DNA from: Polyangia bacterium
GTDB taxonomy: Bacteria; Myxococcota_A; Polyangia; JAAYKL01
Assembly: GCA_050287845.1 (NCBI GenBank)
Contig: JBNKCR010000055.1
Location: 96,001-160,000, forward strand
Direction of reading: 5' to 3'
DNA: 64,000 nt
The notes beneath the pieces are model-generated. The model was not told the DNA's origin. It saw only the letters and a program-made list of their open reading frames with translations, and made no database searches. Position 1 is the stretch's first letter. Every line of letters begins with the position of its first letter. The translations under genes and the position numbers were made by a program. Of this stretch, positions 19,995 to 28,691 are shown one piece after another.

Positions 19995-21425
19995 ATGAAC
20001 GTATTCAGGATTCTTTTTATAATATCCCTTTTTGCGGCGATAGTGATTAATGCAGCGGGTTGCAAAACAGAGAACACCGATAGCGGTACCGAATCTGGCA
20101 GCGAAAGTGATACGGATAGTGATTCTGATTCTGATTCCGATACGGATACAGATACGGACACGGATACAGATACGGACACGGATACAGACACGGATACAGA
20201 TACGGACACGGATACAGATACAGATACAGATACAGATACAGATACGGACACGGACACGGATACAGATAATGATTCCGATACGGATACTGATAGTGATTCT
20301 GATTCTGATTCCGATACGGATACGGATACAGATTCCGATTCCGATACGGATACGGATATCGACACGGATTCCGATACCGGGAGCGACACTCAATCGGGAC
20401 AGTTGCTTCCCGGGGATATAGCGGCAGCTGCAGGTACACCATTTGTTGCAGCACATGCCCTGACACGTGCGTTGTTTGGATCCTACGACGGGCCGCTGTT
20501 CACAGCGCTACGGGTATCGGACAATCAGGAGCAGGATATTGGTGTGGTGTCTCCCGGTGGGCTTGTAGATCTTGATGCCCTTGAATCGTTTTGTGCGGGG
20601 ACATCCTGTAAACTGACCACGCTGTACGATCAGACTGAAAATAAAAATGACATGTGGCGTGGGGATGTCGATTGGAATATGCCGGGAACACCGAAATCCT
20701 GCGATTTGATGGACATTGAGTACTGGGAGTCGTCAGACGGCAAGAAATTCCCCATTGCCCTGGAGCATGGTTACCCCCCGGAGAGTTCATGGAAGGAACG
20801 GTCGCAATGTCTGAGGAACAGAGATAAAACAACAAATATGCCGCTTGGTGCGAAGCCTCAGACCACCTATGCCATCTTTCATGCGAAGTATTTGAATGAC
20901 AACTGTTGTTTCAACTACGGTAATACGGGTAATCTGATTCACTACACTGGCCCTGGTACCTTGAGTGCATTGACTGTTTCAACGATGACTCTGTGGTCAA
21001 AAGGAGAAGGCACGGGACCGTGGCCAATGGTAGACTGGGAAACCGGTGTGTATGCGGGAAATGTGGCAAAATGTGATTCCGGTGCGGCTTGCCCCAATTG
21101 CACCGCCACTGGAGAAAATCCGAATCCGTCAGTGCCCTACGACATTATTACGGCATTGTTTAAACATGATGGCACCGCGCATTGGCAAGTGAAAGCCGGA
21201 AACTCGAAGGAAGGCTCCCTTGCAGTTCACATTGATCTTCCAACCCTGCCGGAAGGTGGATATTCGCCCCTCCAACAGGAAGGCGGGCTTGCCCTTGGCG
21301 AAGGTGGTGCCGGGGATACGAATGGTTCTGGCGGTTTCTCCGAAGGTGCGGTGATGGCGGGAGAAACCACTGATCAGACGGATGAGGCGATACAGGCGAG
21401 TATTGTGAGCGTTTATGGTTTATAG
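19995..21425 (+). CDS. Lipoprotein with long (Asp-Thr)n linker and GH54 (arabinofuranosidase B-like) domain
   Basis: AAAGGAG RBS, lipobox [49 protein letters not shown]. Confidence 0.85.
   Translation: MNVFRILFIISLFAAIVINAAGCKTENTDSGTESGSESDTDSDSDSDSDTDTDTDTDTDTDTDTDTDTDTDTDTDTDTDTDTDTDTDTDTDNDSDTDTDSDSDSDSDTDTDTDSDSDTDTDIDTDSDTGSDTQSGQLLPGDIAAAAGTPFVAAHALTRALFGSYDGPLFTALRVSDNQEQDIGVVSPGGLVDLDALESFCAGTSCKLTTLYDQTENKNDMWRGDVDWNMPGTPKSCDLMDIEYWESSDGKKFPIALEHGYPPESSWKERSQCLRNRDKTTNMPLGAKPQTTYAIFHAKYLNDNCCFNYGNTGNLIHYTGPGTLSALTVSTMTLWSKGEGTGPWPMVDWETGVYAGNVAKCDSGAACPNCTATGENPNPSVPYDIITALFKHDGTAHWQVKAGNSKEGSLAVHIDLPTLPEGGYSPLQQEGGLALGEGGAGDTNGSGGFSEGAVMAGETTDQTDEAIQASIVSVYGL
20107..20380 (+). repeat. 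Hexamer microsatellite (GATACR/GACACG/GATTCY) encoding DT/DS repeats
   Basis: About 45 consecutive hexamer units visible in the sequence. Confidence 0.95.
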
Positions 21426-21454
21426 CTCCCTGGGTTTCCCGTTCTCACCGGGGG

Positions 21455-22984
21455 TCAAACCCCCGAGCGAAGCTGGTTATAGAGGGGCGCTGCAGCGGCG
21501 AGAAACCCGGGCTGTTTCTGTTCTCCCTGCAGCAGCACGTTGAGCGCGTCCTGTTTCCGGCCCACGTCGTTGAGAACCACCGACAGATCGTAATAGGCGT
21601 CCATATTGGTGGCATCCGACACCTGAACGGCTTTTTTCAGGTACTCAATGCCGTCACTGGAGCGGTTCAGTCTGTGTAGTGTCACTCCCAGTCCCTTTAA
21701 GGCGTAGGCATCGTTGGGAGACCGGCGCAGAATTTGTTCATTGGCGTCTTTCGCTGCCTCAAAATTTCCCAGGGAGAATGAAACGAATCCCAGCAATGCC
21801 AGCGCATCGGCATTGTCGGCTGAGAGGTCCAGAATACGCTGAAGGGTCAGTTCCGCCAGTTGCCACTTTTGATTTTGCACATAGCTCCAGGCCACATCAG
21901 TCAGGGTTTTTATGTCAGTGAACTTTTGGAGATTCTCCCGGGTTTTTTCCAGAGCCAGATGGTAGGAGCAATAGACATTTTCTGAGTACAGCGTTCCGTT
22001 GAGTGTCAGGCGGGTATTGGGACAGCCGCCCAGACACACGTCTCCGTATGTACAGGTGGCGCAGTCTCCGCCCAGATCAGTCTTTTTCATGTTTCTGGAC
22101 CAGCTGAATGTGCTGTTGTCATTCCATATGTCAATCAGAGAGCGCTTGCGAATGTTTCCCTCGATCATCGACTCATCGCGAATGGAGGTGCATCCCAGCA
22201 CATCGCCGTTGTGCAGCAGACCAAAGCTTCGTTTACCCGCGTTGCACCCCTGCCAGTAAACCGGCATCTGAGTACCAATGCTGATTTGACGCACAATGGA
22301 TTCGTTGCCGGTAAAGTAGCCGAGACAATCGGCCGGGAACACTTTAATTTTGCCCTCCAGAGTGGTCTGATATGCGTAATCCAGCAGATCATCCACTGCC
22401 TGTTTGTCAATGACCAGATCGCGATGGTTTGCCATGTTGCCCATGGGTAATCCAATCTGCAATTGCCACAAATCGACCTCATTGGAAATGAGTATTTCTT
22501 TAATAGCGTCGAGCTGGTGAATATTCTCCTTGGTCACAGTGGTGTTGGCCGCACTGGTATGTTTGTGACGACGCAAGACCTGAAACGCGGAGATGACCCG
22601 GTCGAAGGACCCTTTCTTGCGAATTTTATCGTGGGTGTCCTTTACTCCATCCAGGCTGATGGAGATGGTTTCAACTCCGTTTGCTGCTGCGGTTTTGACC
22701 ATATCGTCATCTACCAGCCATCCATTGGTGATGATATTGGGGATGATACCGTTGCGAAAAAGCCTGCCCGCCAGTTGTGGCCAATCTTTGCGGGTGAGCG
22801 GCTCGCCGCCGGACAACGTAATCCAGCGCATTCCCAGCGCCGCCATATCGTCACATACCCTGAGGGCTTCCTCCGTGGTCAGCTCGTCGGCCAGGGCATC
22901 CTTACATGAAGACCCGCAATGGTTGCAGCGCATATTGCATCCCATGGTAATTTCCCAGACTGCAGTGAGTGGTGTGTAGTCCAT
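21455..22984 (-). CDS. Radical SAM/SPASM protein with C-terminal TPR repeats
   Basis: VWEITMGCNMRCNHCGS, SGGEP, WQGCNAG...GDVLGC, CATCTYGDVCLGGC (CX2CX5CX3C), then TPR-like helices (ADALALLG, AYALKGLG, DAYYDL). Confidence 0.93.
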   Translation of the reverse strand: MDYTPLTAVWEITMGCNMRCNHCGSSCKDALADELTTEEALRVCDDMAALGMRWITLSGGEPLTRKDWPQLAGRLFRNGIIPNIITNGWLVDDDMVKTAAANGVETISISLDGVKDTHDKIRKKGSFDRVISAFQVLRRHKHTSAANTTVTKENIHQLDAIKEILISNEVDLWQLQIGLPMGNMANHRDLVIDKQAVDDLLDYAYQTTLEGKIKVFPADCLGYFTGNESIVRQISIGTQMPVYWQGCNAGKRSFGLLHNGDVLGCTSIRDESMIEGNIRKRSLIDIWNDNSTFSWSRNMKKTDLGGDCATCTYGDVCLGGCPNTRLTLNGTLYSENVYCSYHLALEKTRENLQKFTDIKTLTDVAWSYVQNQKWQLAELTLQRILDLSADNADALALLGFVSFSLGNFEAAKDANEQILRRSPNDAYALKGLGVTLHRLNRSSDGIEYLKKAVQVSDATNMDAYYDLSVVLNDVGRKQDALNVLLQGEQKQPGFLAAAAPLYNQLRSGV

Positions 22985-23011
22985 AGTTGTATCCTTCTTG
23001 AGAAAAAATGT

Positions 23012-23045
23012 CCGCAGACCCCCGTTTGTTTGTGGAGGTCTGCGG
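23012..23045 (-). terminator. Stem-loop with U-rich tail between precursor and rSAM genes
   Basis: Minus strand CCGCAGACCTCC-10 nt-GGGGGTCTGCGG followed by ACATTTTTTCT. Confidence 0.7.
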
Positions 23046-23067
23046 CAAAATTTGCGATTGATTGTTA

Positions 23068-24033
23068 TCAGCAGCAGCCGTTGGATGTAAACGGTGCGGC
23101 GTACGGTTGAATCATCGTTGCGCCACCCATTGCTGACGGTGCGGCATAACGGACAACCATTGGCGCGGCATACAGCGGCTGCGCGCCGGCGGTAATCGGC
23201 GCAGCGTACAATACGGTAATGGGCGCGGTGTTCAAACAGGCTGCCTGAGTCATCGGTGCCGCGTACAATACGGTAATGGGCGCGGTGTTCAACCCGGCTG
23301 CCTGAGTCATCGGTGCGGCGTACAACACCGTTATGGGCGCTGCAGCCAGATTTTGTGCGGCAATCATATTGGCCTGCGCGGCCATCGTTGCGGGGTCGGC
23401 AAATCCCAGTTGTCCAGGTTGCGCTGCCATAGTGGATGCCTGGGCCATGGGCGCAGCATAGACTACCAGTGGACAGGTCATAGCGGCGACCGGTGACGAC
23501 TGGGCCATTGGCGCAGCGTAGACCACTTGAGGCGTCATGGCGTTTAATGACGCGGCCTGTACCATGGGAGCTGCGTAGATAACCTGTGGTGGCGCGGTGC
23601 CCGCATTGCCGTAGCTCATGGGTACGGCGTATTTAAGAACCGCCGACGCATTGGCGGCATCACCTACATTGACCGCCTGGGCATTGGTAAACGCCCTGCC
23701 GTCCATTGCTCTGGAAATTTCGTCCGCTGCGGATTTCAGTGTTTGGCTGATTTCAATTTCATACACCGCCGTATCCCCGGATTCTCCTGGACGCCATGGG
23801 GCCATAAGTTCAAAGACTACTTTGTAGGTACCGTCTTTAATTGCCAGCAGGTCGAACGTCTGATTCACCGGTGCGATACCAGGACCGGTGGGGGCGGTGG
23901 TGGTACAGGATAACGCCAGTCCCCCATCGAGGGTTGTAAGATACCACGAATAACCGGTGGACCCTGCCATGGACTGCAGGGTAATCTGAACCGGTTGTCC
24001 TACAAAAGCTGTGATTTTTTTTGGCTCTGTCAT
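23068..24033 (-). CDS. Chagasin/I42-like domain fused to ten YA(A/V)P repeats; candidate multi-core RiPP precursor
   Basis: N-terminal GQPVQITL..GSTGYSW...MAPWRP resembles the I42 loops (NPTTGYxW, RPWE). Nine YAAP plus one YAVP, 57-bp DNA repeats at about 23201-23340, AAGGAG RBS. Confidence 0.85.
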   Translation of the reverse strand: MTEPKKITAFVGQPVQITLQSMAGSTGYSWYLTTLDGGLALSCTTTAPTGPGIAPVNQTFDLLAIKDGTYKVVFELMAPWRPGESGDTAVYEIEISQTLKSAADEISRAMDGRAFTNAQAVNVGDAANASAVLKYAVPMSYGNAGTAPPQVIYAAPMVQAASLNAMTPQVVYAAPMAQSSPVAAMTCPLVVYAAPMAQASTMAAQPGQLGFADPATMAAQANMIAAQNLAAAPITVLYAAPMTQAAGLNTAPITVLYAAPMTQAACLNTAPITVLYAAPITAGAQPLYAAPMVVRYAAPSAMGGATMIQPYAAPFTSNGCC

Positions 24034-25511
24034 TGTCGCGTCTCCTTATGTGACGGGGTTGATTCAGAGCAGGCTGCCTCTCTGAGACCAGCAAGCCCTG
24101 ACGCAGAAAACGGCGCTTCGGTTCCAGGGAAGAACTGCAGCACCGGTATTGGCGACGATGTCTGAAACATATCCATGCCTTCTCTGTTTTTCCCACTGAG
24201 GCTCTGCAAAGAGGTGATGGTGTTGTGCACCTCTCGAACCTCTGACGGCAGCAGGGAAATACCAGTGCGAAACAGATAATGGTTTCTGAAAAAACCGTAG
24301 TCGTCATACATGGCTTCATGAAGCACTTCTTTTTGGCGCTGTTCCTCCCAGAGTCGGGAGCCAGGAATCTGGCAATACCACTGCAGCAGAGCGCGCACCC
24401 CATAGGTGCTGTACAGATGGAACGCGAAATGCACCGTCTGAAGCACCTCGCTCTTTGTTTCCCACGGCAATCCGATAATAAATGAGAAATCGGCCCTCTC
24501 GGCCAGCTGATATTTATTCAATAGCTCGGCTGCTTTTTCGAGGCGGGCGATTGTAGACCCCTTGCCCACTTTTTTTAGCCCAGCGTCGTATCCACACTCC
24601 GCACCCACTAGAAACTGGTGAGCAAATGGCTGCACCGCGGCAACAAATGGTTCTTTGTTCAGGTCATTGGCACGGGCGTCAAATACAATTTTGGGCGACA
24701 TGCCACGGCGCTCAAATATATTGCAAATTTCGATGCAGCGTTCCGTGCGCAGGGTAAATTCGTCGTCGATAATTTGAAGAAGTCCTTTTTGAGTATAGAA
24801 AGTATAGGGAAGCACCTGTGCCACACGGTCGGCAAATGCCTCCGGGGACATGCCGCGCCAGCTCTTTCGGTGAACGGTGCTGCAGAAGGAGCAGTCAAAC
24901 GGACACCCCCTTGAGGACTCAATGGCCAGGCCGGTGTATACCCCCTGCGGCAATGACGCGTATTCCGGAATGGGCAGTCGCGCCAGAGCCGATTCGTCGA
25001 GTACGGGGCCAATGGGATTGCGCACAATGTTCCCCGCCAGGCTTCGATATGTCAGATTGGGCACCCTGCGAATATCTGCCCCCGCTTCCAGCACAGCACA
25101 CAGCTGAGGCAGCGCCACCTCTGCCTCTCCGCGAATGACGAACGTGGCATCTACGCTGGAGAGCAGCCAGCTGTCAAACATAGTGGCGTGGATACCGCCA
25201 AGGACAATGGGGGTTTGTGGCAGTACAGCACGAATCTCGGACACCAGCTCTTTGGCCGTGGGCCAGGACAGCGAGCTGATACCAATGCCGATGAGATGGC
25301 TTGTAGCCAGATGCCGCCAGTGATTGCTCAGGTCTCTGGACCCCTGGGAAATCAGGTCCACGATTTGAACGTCGTGCCCCTGTTGTCTCAACACAGCTGC
25401 CAGCAGGTACACGCCGTATGGCGGGCAGGTACGGACGGCATCCATGGAAATGGGCATCAGCCGACCGTCCTGAAAATCCATTAGCGGCGGACTCAGCAGC
25501 GAAATCTTCAT
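24030..25511 (-). CDS. Cobalamin-binding radical SAM protein (class B methyltransferase-like)
   Basis: PPYGVYLLAAVL, VLGGIHAT, RGEAE, SSRGCPFDCSFC, GAECG. Start at ATG 25511 after AAGGGGAG. ATGA overlap with the precursor gene. Confidence 0.93.
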   Translation of the reverse strand: MKISLLSPPLMDFQDGRLMPISMDAVRTCPPYGVYLLAAVLRQQGHDVQIVDLISQGSRDLSNHWRHLATSHLIGIGISSLSWPTAKELVSEIRAVLPQTPIVLGGIHATMFDSWLLSSVDATFVIRGEAEVALPQLCAVLEAGADIRRVPNLTYRSLAGNIVRNPIGPVLDESALARLPIPEYASLPQGVYTGLAIESSRGCPFDCSFCSTVHRKSWRGMSPEAFADRVAQVLPYTFYTQKGLLQIIDDEFTLRTERCIEICNIFERRGMSPKIVFDARANDLNKEPFVAAVQPFAHQFLVGAECGYDAGLKKVGKGSTIARLEKAAELLNKYQLAERADFSFIIGLPWETKSEVLQTVHFAFHLYSTYGVRALLQWYCQIPGSRLWEEQRQKEVLHEAMYDDYGFFRNHYLFRTGISLLPSEVREVHNTITSLQSLSGKNREGMDMFQTSSPIPVLQFFPGTEAPFSASGLAGLREAACSESTPSHKETRQ

Positions 25512-26045
25512 GCGACTCCCCCTTGTCGTTTCGCGATTCCAGCTCAAGACATAAACAGATTTTGCTCTTGCGACAACGCAAGGTGCATTTCTCTGCCTTT
25601 TCAAAATGTGCCTGTTCTCAAATGCTAGCACCATTCGTCAGCGGGGCAACTGTGACCTCCAAAAAAAGCAGCGGCACTACCAATAACGGGTCGATAGTAT
25701 GGGATAACGAGGTCGGACGTTCTCTGGACATGTTCTAATAATCGCGATACGCACAGTTATAAGTGCGGCATTCACCTATAAGCTCGTCGTTTCCTTGAGC
25801 AGTACAGCGGTTCATGCGTGTTCGTTATTTTCATTGAATCTCTAAAAGATCAGCGAAAATATATTGGACGACATCGCGATCCCCCTGTAGATTCATTGGC
25901 CTCCCTTGACATCTTCTTCCAAACAATTGCAAAAAAAAACGTTTTTGGCAGATCTGGAATCAATCGAGTTCCAAAATAATGCTATGAAAAATAATTCTAT
26001 TCATGTAATTTAGAACAAATAACATATTTAATATGAGGAGACGAT

Positions 26046-27959
26046 ATGAAAAGGACCAACGTTAAAATGATTTATAAAAATGCGATAGGATGGGCTGTGG
26101 TATTGGTGTTCGTCGCAGCTTGTACGCAACAACAAGAGATTTTGGAAACCACAGTTATGCCCGATGCAAAAGCAATCGCAAACGGTACCATTTCTTCTGA
26201 TCCTCGTGCAGTCGGCGCTATTGTGAAAGCGATAGCGGGAACCGGGTACATGGGCGCAATATGTACCGGAACCCTTATCGATGAACACTGGGTAGTCACG
26301 ACAGCAAGTTGCGTTGAAAACAATTCTTTAGAAAGCACACCTCGCTTGACCTATTTTGTGGTCGGACAAGATGCAAGTATCACTGAGAATCATACCTTCT
26401 TTGCAGATGTCGACATTCTGCAAATTGATCGCATCAAACTTCATCCCGGCTGGGATTCCGCCAATGCCACAGAAAATAATGTTGCACTGCTTCATCTGGC
26501 GTTGTCTCCCAGTGAAGCTGGAATCACCGACGTTCCCGCCCTGCCTGTCTACACCGGGAATTTGAGTGCGGCAGTGGGAAGCAGCGTCACCTATTACGGC
26601 TATGGATCCGTTGATGAAGATGCCACCTCTCTGGGAATAAAACGGTCATTCATCACGACCATCGGCAGCACCGAGGTGGCCTGGTTCTCAAGTGAGAATG
26701 AGGGGGCGCCATTTTTTGATGCCGATTCGGGCAGTGGCGCCATCGTGAATGGTTCTGTGGCGGGCGTAATGTTCGCTCAAACAAATTCAGTACCTGCGGC
26801 CGTGGTTTCAACGAGGCTGGATACATACAGCAGCTGGATTGACACCGTGATCGGTTCGGTTCCCGATTGCAACATCACCGCCCAAAGCTGTTCTTGTGAC
26901 GCCGCATGCAACACTGACGGCTCTTGCGACAACACGGTTTGTGAAAAAACAAATTGTATGGATTTGTATGATTGTATTGCCGTGTGTGCGGACCAGGAAT
27001 GTGTAGATGCATGTTATGTGGCAGGGAGCGAAATCGCGAGAGAAAACTACAATGCATTAAATCAATGTAGCCTAAGCAATTGCAATCCGGCCCCGGACGG
27101 GATGGAATTTTTAGAATGCTTACAGACGTATTGCGAACTCGAATTGGATACTTGTGTAGACCTTGCGCCGCCGTGCACAATTACCGGAGGGGATTGTGCT
27201 CCGGGATTTGCATGCTATGCCACAGCAAGTGGAGACTTTGCATGTTTTCCGTCGGATCAATTGGATATTGGAACATCATGCGACGCTACCCTCTCAGATA
27301 CACTTCCGTGTGATGACGGTGCCCTTTGTCTGCCCGATGAAACCTGTCATGCCTTTTGTATTGAAGATACCCACTGCGACACCGATGAATATTGCGCCAA
27401 GCCACTGTGGACAGACGTCGACAATGTCGGCGCGTGCATGATGCGCCCCGATGATACAGATACAAATACGGACACAATGTCAGATACAAGTACTGAAACC
27501 GATACCGCCATAGAAGTGGATACAGAAACATTGACAGACACAGATACCGGAATCAGTGTGGACACAGCCACGGACACTGCCACCGATACCTACGCCGATG
27601 CCGATGCTGACACGGATACCGACACGGCTACCGACATGGACACCCATGCTGACACGGGTACAGACAGCGATGCAGATGGTGACAGTGACACCGACACGGA
27701 TACCAACGCCGATACCGATACGGCCACCGACATGGACACTCATGCCGACATGGGTACCGATAGTGACAGTGACAGCGACACTGAAATGAATGCGACCATA
27801 GATAGCGATACAGGTGCCCCGGGAGATTCTGACACCCACGATTCCGATAGTGATTTCGATATTGACGCAGATATATCAGAAGGCTCAGATGATGGAGGAT
27901 GTGGCTGTGTCCTCTCGACATTTTCCGTTCGAAAAACAAGTCTGTGGCAACTGCTGTAG
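26046..27959 (+). CDS. Lipoprotein: degenerate trypsin-like domain, Cys-rich repeats, DT linker, GGCGC tail
   Basis: Lipobox VAAC, CTGTLI..WVVTTASC, NVALLHL, DADSG, many Cys, DGGCGC near the C-terminus. Confidence 0.85.
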   Translation: MKRTNVKMIYKNAIGWAVVLVFVAACTQQQEILETTVMPDAKAIANGTISSDPRAVGAIVKAIAGTGYMGAICTGTLIDEHWVVTTASCVENNSLESTPRLTYFVVGQDASITENHTFFADVDILQIDRIKLHPGWDSANATENNVALLHLALSPSEAGITDVPALPVYTGNLSAAVGSSVTYYGYGSVDEDATSLGIKRSFITTIGSTEVAWFSSENEGAPFFDADSGSGAIVNGSVAGVMFAQTNSVPAAVVSTRLDTYSSWIDTVIGSVPDCNITAQSCSCDAACNTDGSCDNTVCEKTNCMDLYDCIAVCADQECVDACYVAGSEIARENYNALNQCSLSNCNPAPDGMEFLECLQTYCELELDTCVDLAPPCTITGGDCAPGFACYATASGDFACFPSDQLDIGTSCDATLSDTLPCDDGALCLPDETCHAFCIEDTHCDTDEYCAKPLWTDVDNVGACMMRPDDTDTNTDTMSDTSTETDTAIEVDTETLTDTDTGISVDTATDTATDTYADADADTDTDTATDMDTHADTGTDSDADGDSDTDTDTNADTDTATDMDTHADMGTDSDSDSDTEMNATIDSDTGAPGDSDTHDSDSDFDIDADISEGSDDGGCGCVLSTFSVRKTSLWQLL

Positions 27960-28179
27960 CGCAGATCAGAATTTGAGAATGCGGCCAATCAGTCCTCTAT
28001 GCCACGAAATCCAAAACCATGAACACAACGGCGACAACTTTGACATCAGTTTTAATCGGCTGACAAAAAAATGTTCGAATTCTGCAGCGGCATTGTTATA
28101 TTCTCCTGGAATCTTCCGATAACGAGGTTAATATTATGTATTCTCAAATTGATTTATTTGCACGGAAGGATTTCAACAA

Positions 28180-28536
28180 ATGACAACGCTAAAACAGCTG
28201 TTGGATGAATTGATAAAAATCGAAGGTATCATAGCCGCGGTAGTGGTTAGCCGGGATGGTTTTCTGGTGGAAGGCGCGACGCGTGAGAGGAATGTGGACA
28301 TGGACGCGATGGCAGCGGTCATTTCCGCCGGGGTGAGTTCCTCAGAAGTGATGGCCCTCCAGTTGTCTGTGGGAGAGCCGCAATTGAACATGATTGAATG
28401 TACAAAGGGCATGATAATTACAGCAACGCTGGGAGACGATGCTGTCATGGCGGTAACGGCAGACCCTGATGCGAAAATTGGCAGCATTCGTTATAACTTG
28501 AAAAAGCAACTCCCCAACATCGCGGCATCTGTTTAG
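28180..28536 (+). CDS. Roadblock/LC7 (MglB-like) protein
   Basis: GIIAAVVVSRDGFLV...AMAA...MIECTKG. Confidence 0.9.
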   Translation: MTTLKQLLDELIKIEGIIAAVVVSRDGFLVEGATRERNVDMDAMAAVISAGVSSSEVMALQLSVGEPQLNMIECTKGMIITATLGDDAVMAVTADPDAKIGSIRYNLKKQLPNIAASV

Positions 28537-28691
28537 ACGCTGTTCAAAGCAGTTTGACGGCGTTGTGGGGATTGAATCCCGCGGTAGCGGTAAAAACAGA
28601 CCGGTTTCTGCAACACGGGATTTGCATACCTCACGCAGCCATCGATATTGGGGATAAGTGAAATTGCTTTGTTATTTATGGGATGCTGTAC

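Noticed and set aside
19511..20380. Possible CRISPR array
   Set aside because: The repeats are tandem without unique spacers, and no cas genes are present.
19796..20466. Long ORFs such as (SV)n, (IR)n and (YP)n
   Set aside because: Alternative-frame shadows of the DT hexamer repeat in the 19995-21425 gene.
25630..25660. Cobalamin riboswitch upstream of the B12-rSAM
   Set aside because: Only a GCAACTGT/GCCCCGC fragment; no AGGGAA...GGTG core or B12 box in the correct order and strand.
28096..28122. sigma28 promoter before the roadblock gene
   Set aside because: Good -10 (TCCGATAA) but poor -35 (TTAT); insufficient support.
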